A stretch of 32,000 bases of DNA from Alkalilimnicola ehrlichii MLHE-1. Lineage in GTDB: Bacteria; Pseudomonadota; Gammaproteobacteria; Nitrococcales; Halorhodospiraceae. The notes under the pieces are model-generated. The model made no database searches. It worked only from the letters and a program-made list of their open reading frames with translations, and was not told where the DNA came from. The DNA lies in the NCBI RefSeq assembly GCF_000014785.1, contig NC_008340.1, forward strand, positions 2,610,001 to 2,642,000, written 5' to 3'. The position numbers and the translations under genes were made by a program. Shown here piece by piece: positions 1 through 8,090 of the stretch (its first letter is position 1; each line of letters opens with the position of its first letter).

Positions 1-575
1 TCAACCACGGTGCTCTGCTCGTCCTGGGGCACGACCCGACCGCCTATATACCGGGGGCCTACGTGCAGTTCCTACGCATCGACGGAACCGAGCTGGGCGA
101 CCCCATCAAGGACGAAAAGAGACTGACCGGCAACCTGCCCGAGGTCATGGCGCAGCTGGACGAGTTGTTGGAGGTGCACATCCAGGTTGCTGTCGACATC
201 GAGGCCGGATCACGGGAGCAGCGCCAGCCCGACTACCCCGTTGTTGCCTTGCAGCAACTCACCCGGAACGCCCTCATCCATCGCGCCTACGAAGGCAGCC
301 ACGCGCCGGTCCGCGTCTATTGGTTCAGAGACCGGGTGGAAATTCAGAACCCCGGCGGACTCTACGGCCAAGTCACCACCGACAACTTCGGTCAGGGTGT
401 CACCGATTACCGCAACCCCCTGATAGCAGAAGCCATGCATATTCTCGGCTACGTACAGAGATTCGGGTTCGGCATCCCATTGGCACAGCGCCACCTGCGG
501 GAAAACGGCAACCCCGACCCCGATTTTCAGTTCGCGCCAGAGTTCCTGGCCGTCACCGTGAGGGCAGTGACGTGA
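1..575 (+). CDS. C-terminal part of an AlbA_2/HATPase_c_4-type ATP-binding protein (RecG-like putative transcriptional regulator), 5' end outside window
   Basis: Frame stays open from base 3 (NHGALLVLGHDPTAYIPGAYVQFLRIDG...). Contains ALQQLTRNALIHRAY and GFGIPLAQRHL, typical of the divergent HATPase C-terminal domain. Confidence 0.75.
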   Translation, partial: NHGALLVLGHDPTAYIPGAYVQFLRIDGTELGDPIKDEKRLTGNLPEVMAQLDELLEVHIQVAVDIEAGSREQRQPDYPVVALQQLTRNALIHRAYEGSHAPVRVYWFRDRVEIQNPGGLYGQVTTDNFGQGVTDYRNPLIAEAMHILGYVQRFGFGIPLAQRHLRENGNPDPDFQFAPEFLAVTVRAVT

Positions 576-1543
576 TAACCATTGCCTTCTTCAACAACAA
601 GGGTGGCGTCGGCAAGACTGCTTTGGTCTACCATTTGGCCTGGATGTTCGCCGATCAGGGCCGGTCCGTGCTCGCCGCGGACCTGGACCCCCAAGCCAAC
701 CTCTCCACCATGTTCCTGGACGAACAAAGCCTGGAAGGCTTCTGGCCGGAGGGGGACAGCACGCATACCGTACTCTCACCCATACGCCCACTGCTGGAAG
801 GCGAAGGCGGCATCGAAAGCCCTCATGTTGAGCCCATCGAGGACCTAGGCCTGCTGGTCGGAGACCTGGCCCTGTCCGGCTTCGAGGACGAACTCTCCCA
901 GCAATGGCCCCGCTGCCTGGACGGCGAGAAGCGGGCCTTTCGCATCATCGGCGCCTTTGCCGAAGTCATCCAACGTGCCGGCGCCAACCGGGAAGCCGAC
1001 CTGGCGCTGGTGGATGTCGGCCCCAACCTGGGAGCCATCAATCGTGCCGCACTCATTGCCGCAGATTATGTGGTCGTGCCCCTGGGGCCGGACCTCTTTT
1101 CCCTGAAGGGACTGCAAAACCTGGGCCCCACCCTCCGACGGTGGCGTACGGACTGGCGCAAGCGGCTGCAGGAATTACCCACCAATGTACAAGCCCCATC
1201 GGGGCAAATGACGCCGATCGGTTACGTGGTCATGCAGCATTCCGTCCGACTTGACCGGCCGGTCAAGGCGTATGGCAAATGGATGGACCGGATCCCCAGC
1301 ACTTACCACCGTTACGTCCTCGACAAACCGGACGCTGCCAACCTGCGTGTCGACGACGACAGCGAATGTCTGGCTGCATTGAAGGACTATCGGAGCCTGA
1401 TGCCCATGGCTCAGGAAGCCCGCAAGCCCATGTTTCACCTCAAACCGGCGGACGGCGCCATCGGCTCCCACGTCCGTGCGGTACAAAACTGCTACAAAGA
1501 TTTCCGGGACCTGGCAGCGGCTATCGACAGCCGCACGCAGTGA
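572..1543 (+). CDS. ParA-family/CobQ-like ATPase
   Basis: GTG start at 572 overlaps the upstream stop (GTGA). Deviant Walker A NNKGGVGKT, then LAADLDPQANLS and VDVGPNLG. The ORF-track start at 320 is an upstream extension. Confidence 0.85.
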   Translation: MITIAFFNNKGGVGKTALVYHLAWMFADQGRSVLAADLDPQANLSTMFLDEQSLEGFWPEGDSTHTVLSPIRPLLEGEGGIESPHVEPIEDLGLLVGDLALSGFEDELSQQWPRCLDGEKRAFRIIGAFAEVIQRAGANREADLALVDVGPNLGAINRAALIAADYVVVPLGPDLFSLKGLQNLGPTLRRWRTDWRKRLQELPTNVQAPSGQMTPIGYVVMQHSVRLDRPVKAYGKWMDRIPSTYHRYVLDKPDAANLRVDDDSECLAALKDYRSLMPMAQEARKPMFHLKPADGAIGSHVRAVQNCYKDFRDLAAAIDSRTQ

Positions 1544-1587
1544 CGGTGGGGGCACCCCCCGTCATCGTGATGAGTGCAGGCCCTCCC

Positions 1588-2192
1588 CCCGGCATCGCGA
1601 GGGCCGAAGGCCCGTGGCGATCCAAGGCGGTAGACTGCCACGTCGGCTTCGCCTCCTCGCAGTGACGGTGTGGGCAACACCCCCCGTCATCGCGAGGGCC
1701 GAAGGCCCGTGGCGATCCAAGGCGGTAGACTGCCGCGTCGGCTTCGCCTCCTCGCAGTGACGGTGTGGGCAACACCCCCCGTCATCGCGAGGGCCGAAGG
1801 CCCGTGGCGATCCAAGGCGGTAGACTGCCACGTCGGCTTCGCCTCCTCGCAGTGACGGTGGGGTAACACCCCCGTCATCGCGAGGGCCGAAGGCCCGCGG
1901 CGATCCAGGGCGGTAGACTGCCACGTCGGCTTCGCCTCCTCGCAGTGACGGTGGGGGCAACACCCCCCGTCATCGCGAGGGCCGAAGGCCCGCGGCGATC
2001 CAGGGCGGTAGACTGCCACGTCGGCTTCGCCTCCTCGCAGTGACGGTGGGGGCGGATCCGCGCTCGCAGTGACGGTGGGGGCCACCACCACCCCGTCCTC
2101 GCGATGACAGGGGTGTTGCCCCCTCCCCGTCCTCGCGAGGAGCGCCCCCTCCCCCCGTCATCGCGAGGAGCGCAGCGACGTGGCGATCCACA
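1588..2192 (+). repeat. Array R1: five near-identical ~80-bp hairpin repeat units followed by end fragments
   Basis: Consensus CCGTCATCGCGAGGGCCGAAGGCCCGTGGCGATCCAGGGCGGTAGACTGCCACGTCGGCTTCGCCTCCTCGCAGTGACGG. CGTC starts at 1685, 1780, 1873 and 1968 (93-95 bp period). Confidence 0.95.
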
Positions 2193-2228
2193 CGTCAGCC
2201 AAAACACAACGGCATCGGCATCAACACA

Positions 2229-2286
2229 TATCGTCGCGTTATGCGCCAAACACGATACTATTGATTTATGCCTCATAGCACATAAA
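2229..2286. promoter_or_regulatory. Candidate hipBA operator/promoter region with two inverted repeats
   Basis: TATCGT-N17-ACGATA (2229-2257) and TTTATG-N10-CATAAA (2265-2286) directly upstream of hipB in an AT-richer stretch. Confidence 0.4.
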
Positions 2287-2294
2287 CTATCATC

Positions 2295-2546
2295 ATGATC
2301 GATCTCGCCCGCACGCCGAAGCAGGTCGGCAACCTCATCCGTCGAAGCCGGAAGCAACAGGGCCTTACCCAACAAGCGCTTGGGGCGAAGGCCGGTTACC
2401 GGCAGGAGACCATCTCGCTCATCGAGAATGGCCATCCGGCCGCCAAGCTGGAAACCCTCCTGGCTATCCTCGCCGCGCTCGATCTCGAACTCCGGATCGC
2501 ACCACGCTCCAAGGGAAGCGCCGCTGACATCGAGGACCTCTTCTGA
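2295..2546 (+). CDS. hipB: HipB-like XRE-family antitoxin
   Basis: HTH region IRRSRKQQGLTQQALGAKAGYRQETISLIENG. ATGA overlap with hipA. Confidence 0.85.
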   Translation: MIDLARTPKQVGNLIRRSRKQQGLTQQALGAKAGYRQETISLIENGHPAAKLETLLAILAALDLELRIAPRSKGSAADIEDLF

Positions 2547-3859
2547 TGCCCCGGCGTCGGCGCCACCCTCCGCTACACGTCCTGCTGAACAACCGCCACG
2601 TCGGCCAGCTCCAAAAGGCGGTGGACGGTGCAATCAGTTTTACCTACGAGCAAAACTGGCTGGACTGGGACCACGCCCTACCCGTCTCGCTCTCCCTTCC
2701 CCTCCGCGAAGACCCCTACCGGGGTGCACCGGTGGCGGCAGTGTTCGACAACCTCCTGCCCGATGCCGAGCCGCTCCGCCGCCGCGTTGCCGAGCGCGTT
2801 GGCGCCGAGGGCACCGACGCCTACAGCCTGCTCTCAGCCATCGGCCATGATTGCGTCGGTGCCCTGCAATTCGTCGGCCCCGACGCCCCGGCCCCCGGCG
2901 ACACCACCCAAATTTCCGGCCAGGTCATTGACGAGGACGACATCGGGAGGCTGCTCCGGGGGCTGGCCCAGGCCCCACTGGGGCTGGACCGCGACGAGGC
3001 ATTCCGGATCTCCATTGCCGGGGTGCAGGAGAAGACCGCCCTGCTCCGGCATGAAGGCCGCTGGCTAAAACCCCACGGCACAACCCCGACCAGCCACATC
3101 CTCAAGCCTCAGATCGGCCAGTTGCCGAACGGCATCGACCTGTCCAACAGCGTCGAGAACGAATACTACTGCCTCAAACTGGCTGCCGCCTTCGGGTTGC
3201 CCGTCAACAGGGCCGAGATCCACACCTTTGGGCCCACCCAAGCACTCGTCGTCGAGCGCTTCGATCGCCACTGGACCCACGACGGCCGCCTGCTCAGACT
3301 CCCGCAGGAGGACTGCTGCCAGGCCCTATCCGTCCCGCCAACACGCAAGTACCAGACCGAGGGTGGCCCCGGTATCGTGCAACTTCTTGAACTGCTCAAC
3401 GGCAGCGACACCCCGGCCAAAGACCAGGCGACCGTCTTCAAGGCACAGATCTTCTTCTGGCTGATCGGCGCTACCGACGGGCACGCAAAGAACTTCAGCC
3501 TGTTTCTGCGGCCACAGGGCGCGTTTCGCCTGACCCCGCTGTACGACATCCTGACCGTCCAGCCGAGCCTTGCCGGCCGGCAAATCGAACGCAAGCAGAT
3601 GAAACTGGCCATGGCCGTGGGGCGCGGAAACCGCTACCGGATCCATGAAATCCAGGGCCGCCATTTCCTACAGACCGGCGCCGCCGCCCGCCTGCCGCGC
3701 ACCTTGGCCACCAACGTCATCGAGGACATAGTGACCCGCGCGGACAACGCCATCACGCAGGTCGAAAGCGCCTTGCCCCCCGACTTCCCCCCGGCAATCC
3801 ACGAAAGCGTGAAGGCGGCCATCGCCGGGCGCCTGGGGGTATTGCAGAGGGCGGGGTGA
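2546..3859 (+). CDS. hipA: HipA-like serine/threonine kinase toxin
   Basis: HipA features: SLPLREDPYRG, FDNLLPD, GVQEKTALL, LVVERFDR, FWLIGATDGHAKNFSLFL, LTPLYDILT. Full length. Confidence 0.9.
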   Translation: MPRRRRHPPLHVLLNNRHVGQLQKAVDGAISFTYEQNWLDWDHALPVSLSLPLREDPYRGAPVAAVFDNLLPDAEPLRRRVAERVGAEGTDAYSLLSAIGHDCVGALQFVGPDAPAPGDTTQISGQVIDEDDIGRLLRGLAQAPLGLDRDEAFRISIAGVQEKTALLRHEGRWLKPHGTTPTSHILKPQIGQLPNGIDLSNSVENEYYCLKLAAAFGLPVNRAEIHTFGPTQALVVERFDRHWTHDGRLLRLPQEDCCQALSVPPTRKYQTEGGPGIVQLLELLNGSDTPAKDQATVFKAQIFFWLIGATDGHAKNFSLFLRPQGAFRLTPLYDILTVQPSLAGRQIERKQMKLAMAVGRGNRYRIHEIQGRHFLQTGAAARLPRTLATNVIEDIVTRADNAITQVESALPPDFPPAIHESVKAAIAGRLGVLQRAG

Positions 3860-3872
3860 GTGAAGGCTTCCC

Positions 3873-4290
3873 CCCGTCATCGCGAGGGCCGGAGGCCCGT
3901 GGCGATCCAGAGCGGTAGACTGCCACGTCGGCTTCGCCTCCTCGCAGTGACGGTGGGGGCGATTTTCCGCTTCCGGCACAGTCAAGTTCTTCAAGAGAGG
4001 GCCGGAGGCTTTCCCCCCCGTCATCGCGAGGGCCGAAGGCCCGTGGCGATCCAGGGCGGTAGACTGCCGCGTCGGCTTCGCCTCCTCGCAGTGACGGTGG
4101 AGGTAGCCTGCCGCTTCCTGCACCGCCCAGTTGTTCAAGAGTCCCGTAGGGGCGTGGCAGTTCAGGGCGGCGGGTGGATCGCCGCGTCGCTGCGCTCCTC
4201 GCGATGACGGGGAGGGGCTGCGCTCCTCGCGATGACGGGGAGGTGCTGCGCTCCTCGCGATGGCGGGGAGGGGCTGCGGGCCTCGCAATG
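3873..4290 (+). repeat. Array R2: two full hairpin units plus decaying right-end fragments
   Basis: Full units at 3873-3953 and 4018-4097, joined by a 'cgcttccggcacagtcaagttcttcaagag' linker. Fragments 'ctgcgctcctcgcgatgacgggg' repeat to about 4270. Confidence 0.9.
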
Positions 4291-4359
4291 GCGGGGTGGT
4301 GGTGCTTTGGGCATCGCGGGGGCGGGGGCGTTTGCGGCGCGGAGGATGGTGCTATGATG

Positions 4360-4412
4360 CTCATAAGGTCGTGCATTTTTAGTATAAAATAGCTATATAG
4401 TGCACTTTTTCC
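4360..4412 (+). promoter_or_regulatory. AT-rich promoter-like segment upstream of the lipoprotein gene
   Basis: gtcgtgcatttttagtataaaatagctatatagtgcac in otherwise GC-rich DNA, about 35 bp before the ATG at 4438. Confidence 0.35.
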
Positions 4413-4437
4413 GATCGCTCTACGGAGAACGAGCCCA

Positions 4438-5559
4438 ATGAAAAAGAAGAACACCCTCACCACCCCCCTCATGCTTTCAGGACTGCTGGTCGGCTCTGCC
4501 TTCACCCTGAGCGGGTGCGTGAGCAGTTCCTCCAGCAGTGGGGACGACGCCACCGGCCCGCAGCATGACAGCCAAGGCGTGTTTGCCGCCGGGGCGCCGC
4601 TGAATAACGAGCAGGAGCTCGACGACGTCATCGCAGCGGCCAACCGGGCCGTCGGCGAGGACGGGGTTGAGCAATTCCTTGATGAGTTGGAAGGTGCAAT
4701 CTTCGTCAAGAGCGTCGATGTGGCCGGTGCCTCGACCACCGATGACGCCGATCGCACCACGGCAGCCCGCGACCGGCTGCGCGAGCGTGCCGGCAGGTGG
4801 CGCCAGGAGGACGCACCGGACCGGGTCATCGCCGCCACCGTCCAGCAGGACGACTGCCCCAACGGCGGCCATATCGTCATCACCAGTGACAGCACCGAAA
4901 ACGACCGTTACGAGCGCTGGGATACCACCGTGGCGTTCCACGGCTGCGCGGTGAACACGCCCTCCTGGGGTGACGTGGTGGTGAACGGGCAGCTCGACGA
5001 AACCTGGGAGGAGTCCTGGGGCGATGAAAACTTCGAGAACTACTCCGTCCACTTCGATATCACCGGCAGCGCCGCCGGGGGTGATCTGGTCCTCTCCGGC
5101 GAGGAACACTGGGGCATCCGCGCTCGGTCGGGCGACGTTTTCTTCAGCGAGCAGGTCCGCATCCCGCGGCTCGAGTTCCTGGCCGGCGAGCACTACATCG
5201 GGTTCCTGGACGTGGACCTGAACTACGTGGAGCGAGAGGTGGAGGAGCAGGGGACCACCCGGTACCCCTACGAAGACCACTGGAGCGGTCGCATCGGCAC
5301 CTCCGGCATGCAGGGCCACATCGCGCTGGATACCCCGAAAACCGTCGCCGGGCCGAACTACGATGCCTGCCCCACAGAGGGCGAGTTGACCATCAGCGGC
5401 AATGGCACCGCCTCCGTGCTCTTCGGGATGGACACCGGCATCTCCAACGCAGAAGTCGCCCTGGTGATCAACAACGCGCTCAGCCAAACCTGGGATGACT
5501 GCGACGACTTCTTCGACGAGTTCGACCTGCTCGAAGGCATCTTCCACGGCGGCCTGTAA
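4438..5559 (+). CDS. Predicted secreted lipoprotein of unknown function
   Basis: Signal peptide MKKKNTLTTPLMLSGLLVGSAFT with lipobox LSGC followed by a Ser-rich linker. 373 aa with no recognised domain. Confidence 0.75.
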   Translation: MKKKNTLTTPLMLSGLLVGSAFTLSGCVSSSSSSGDDATGPQHDSQGVFAAGAPLNNEQELDDVIAAANRAVGEDGVEQFLDELEGAIFVKSVDVAGASTTDDADRTTAARDRLRERAGRWRQEDAPDRVIAATVQQDDCPNGGHIVITSDSTENDRYERWDTTVAFHGCAVNTPSWGDVVVNGQLDETWEESWGDENFENYSVHFDITGSAAGGDLVLSGEEHWGIRARSGDVFFSEQVRIPRLEFLAGEHYIGFLDVDLNYVEREVEEQGTTRYPYEDHWSGRIGTSGMQGHIALDTPKTVAGPNYDACPTEGELTISGNGTASVLFGMDTGISNAEVALVINNALSQTWDDCDDFFDEFDLLEGIFHGGL

Positions 5560-5681
5560 GCCCACCTCAGCACCCGGCCCCGGGGGGTTCCCCGGGGCCC
5601 GTGCCGACACCCTCACCGCATTCCAGCCTCAGTCCGGTACCGGTTCAACGGTCGCTATCGCCGCCGCGGCGGCCAGGCCAG

Positions 5682-5792
5682 GCTGAAGTCCCCGTCGTTA
5701 AAGGCCACCGGCAGGTCGGTCTCGTTCAGTCCGCCCACCGCCTGGTAGCGCTCGCGACGGACCACGAGACAGGCGGCGGTCACCGCCCAGTC
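5682..5792 (-). pseudogene. Glycosyltransferase fragment, antisense to its neighbours
   Basis: Minus strand reads DWAVTAACLVVRRERYQAVGGLNETDLPVAFNDGDF, typical of a GT2-type C-terminal catalytic segment. No complete ORF. Confidence 0.6.
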
Positions 5793-5840
5793 CTAGCACC
5801 ACGCCCCCGTGCTGCGGGCGCTGCACAAGGGGTGGCCGGG

Positions 5841-6227
5841 ATGATCAGCGTATCCATCGTCAGCCACCGCCACGGCACCATGGTGGCCCGGCTGGTCGAC
5901 GCCCTGCTGGCCCTGCCGGAGGTGGGTCAGGTGGTGCTCACCCTCAACCGCCCGGACTGGGTGGCGGGCCTGTTCATCCTGGTGCGGGCACCGGCCTACC
6001 AGGCGGTGGGCGGCTTCGACGAGGACTACTTCCTCCACTACGAAGACGTGGGCCTCTGCGCCCGCCTCTGGGCCGCCGGCCACCCGGTCGCCCTGGACTG
6101 CAACGTCAGCATCAGCCACGACGCCCAATACCGCAGCCACCGGGACCCCATCCACTTCCTCTGGCACGTCGGCAGCCTACTGCGCTACCTCCGCAAACAC
6201 CAAGGCGGCGCCCGCCGCCCGCAGTAA
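5841..6227 (+). pseudogene. Family-2 glycosyltransferase remnant with internal deletion
   Basis: N-terminus MISVSIVSHRHGTMVARLVDALLALPEVGQVVLTLN is joined directly to the C-terminal motif RPDWVAGLFILVRAPAYQAVGGFDEDYFLHYEDVGLCARLWAAG. The central region expected in GT2 proteins is absent. Confidence 0.7.
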
Positions 6228-6244
6228 TCGCGGGGCACCACCTA

Positions 6245-6545
6245 CCCCGTCATCGCGAGGGCCGAAGGCTTTCTCCCCGTCATCGCGAGGGCCGAAGGCT
6301 TTCTCCCCGTCATCGCGAGGGCCGAAGGCCCGTGGCGATCCAGAGGGGTAGACTGCCACGTCGCTTCGCTCCTCGCAGTGACGGTGGGGGCGGATCCGCG
6401 CTCGCAGTGACAGTGGGGGGCGGATCCGCGCTCGCAGTGACAGTGGGGGGCCACCAACGCCCCGTCATCGCGAGGAGCGAAGCGACGCGGCGATCCACAC
6501 CCCGCCATGGACTGCCACGGCCCTACAGGGCACGCAGTGACGGTG
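6245..6545 (+). repeat. Array R3: tandem left-end fragments, one full unit, tandem right-end fragments and a variant unit
   Basis: 31-bp CCCCGTCATCGCGAGGGCCGAAGGCTTTCT fragments precede a full unit ending at 6384, followed by 'ggatccgcgctcgcagtgaca' repeats. Confidence 0.9.
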
Positions 6546-6606
6546 GGCCCGACACATGCCGTACAATACAAGCGTGGATGCCATACTCCCTGGGAGGCCC
6601 GGGACA

Positions 6607-6852
6607 ATGAAACAGGAAACGACCAAGATCACCATCCGTCTACCGCGACAAGACGTCGAGTTCGCCAAGGCCTACGCCAGGGCGCACGGCCTCAGCATGA
6701 CTGAAGTCATTGATCGTTACCTGCGTCGCCTGCGGGCGCTAGAGCGCCACCAGCCCAGCCCCGAACTGGACGCGATCACCGGCCTGCTGCCAGCCGACCT
6801 GGACGCTGAACAGGCGTACCGAGACCACTTAGTCGAGAAACATCGCCCGTGA
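6607..6852 (+). CDS. Ribbon-helix-helix type antitoxin of a PIN-domain TA pair
   Basis: TTKITIRLPRQDVEFAKAYARAHGLSMTEVIDRYLRRL. Overlaps the downstream PIN gene by 4 bp. Confidence 0.75.
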   Translation: MKQETTKITIRLPRQDVEFAKAYARAHGLSMTEVIDRYLRRLRALERHQPSPELDAITGLLPADLDAEQAYRDHLVEKHRP

Positions 6853-7250
6853 TCATGCTGGACCTGAACGTTCTTCTGGACGTTCTGCAAAAAAGGGCGC
6901 CGCATTATCAGGCATCCGCCGCCGTCCTCGAGCATGTCATCCACGGTGAAGAACAAGGCGCACTCAGCGCGCACGCAGTCACTACGGTTCACTACCTGGT
7001 GAGCCGGTACGCGACTCGCGCCGCGGCGGACGGCGCCCTGGATTGGCTTCTCCGGCACTTTCACGTGTGTGCAGTGGGCCGTGACGAACTGGAACAGGCC
7101 CGGTCCCTTGGCTGGCCCGACTTCGAGGACGCGGTTCTGGCATGTGTCGCGCAGAGTGCCGGGTGCAGCTACATCGTGACGCGAAATATCAAGGACTTCG
7201 AACGATCACCGGTAACGGCGTTAACGCCGCAGGAGTGGCTACTTCGCTGA
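6849..7250 (+). CDS. PIN-domain ribonuclease toxin (VapC-like)
   Basis: MLDLNVLLDVLQKR, DFEDAVLACVAQ and YIVTRNIKDFERS match the PIN acidic motifs. Confidence 0.85.
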   Translation: MIMLDLNVLLDVLQKRAPHYQASAAVLEHVIHGEEQGALSAHAVTTVHYLVSRYATRAAADGALDWLLRHFHVCAVGRDELEQARSLGWPDFEDAVLACVAQSAGCSYIVTRNIKDFERSPVTALTPQEWLLR

Positions 7251-7266
7251 GCTGAGTCCGAACCCT

Positions 7267-7600
7267 CCGTCATCGCGAGGGCCTCCTCCCCCGTCATCGC
7301 GAGGGCCGAAGGCTTTCCCCCCGTCATCGCGAGGGCCGAAGGCTTTCTCCCCGTCATCGCGAGGGCCGAAGGCCCGTGGCGATCCAGAGGGGTAGACTGC
7401 CACGTCGCTTCGCTCCTCGCAGTGACAGGGGGCGCACCCCCCGTCATCGCGAGGGCCGAAGGCCCGTGGCGATCCAGGGCGGTAGACTGCCACGTCGGCT
7501 TCGCCTCCTTGCAGTGACGGGGTGGCCCCTCCCCCGTCATCGCGAGGAGCGCAGCGACGCGGCGATCCATACCCCGGCATGGACTGCCACGCCCCTTCGT
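7267..7600 (+). repeat. Array R4: same repeat family as R3
   Basis: Left-end fragments, two full units and a variant unit. Shares a 108-bp identical segment with R3. Confidence 0.9.
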
Positions 7601-7659
7601 AGGCTTGCACAGCCAGTGTAAGGAACAACGGCTACGTTGAGATCAGGCCAAGGAAGACA

Positions 7660-7672
7660 TATCATAATGATA
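7660..7672. promoter_or_regulatory. Perfect 13-bp palindrome overlapping the mqsR start codon
   Basis: TATCATAATGATA. The ATG at 7667 lies inside it, so it is a possible autoregulatory operator. Confidence 0.4.
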
Positions 7673-8089
7673 AGTCCCAAACCAAACGTAAGCGCCTTTG
7701 ATGGTTTCCCACCTACGGCGACTGAAGACCGCGCCATCCAGGGTGGGCCACTGTATCCGCCGGACACCGTGGTGGCGCTGGCGAGGGAAGAAGCGCTCGC
7801 TTTCTGGAGCCGAGGGGCTATTCGAGACGCAGAGAAGTGGGGGCTTGATGTCCCGAGCGCGTGTCAATTAGTGGTAATGGCCGTCCGGCACGGCCACTAC
7901 CTGGGCGCACAATGGTGCATCCAGGGGCCTCGCGGGCCATGGGCAGCCTGCGACGCCTACAAAGTCACGAATCACGAGTGGATCGAGCATGCCCATCGGC
8001 ACATACCGGTCACGTATTACCTGAAATTTTGTATCGCGAAGACCGGAGCAATGCTGCTTTCGGTCTCCAACCACCCGGAGGGTACCTGA
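7667..8089 (+). CDS. mqsR: MqsR-like toxin
   Basis: Small protein (VVALAREEALAFWSRGAIRDAEKWGLDVPSACQLVVMAV...YYLKFCIAKTGAMLLSVSNHPEGT) immediately upstream of a clear MqsA. The call leans on gene order and general MqsR-like pattern. Confidence 0.6.
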   Translation: MISPKPNVSAFDGFPPTATEDRAIQGGPLYPPDTVVALAREEALAFWSRGAIRDAEKWGLDVPSACQLVVMAVRHGHYLGAQWCIQGPRGPWAACDAYKVTNHEWIEHAHRHIPVTYYLKFCIAKTGAMLLSVSNHPEGT

Positions 8090-8090
8090 C

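Noticed and set aside
3873-4290. Hairpin arrays as intrinsic terminators
   Set aside because: Hairpins are strong but no U-tract follows the units. Terminator function cannot be supported from sequence alone.
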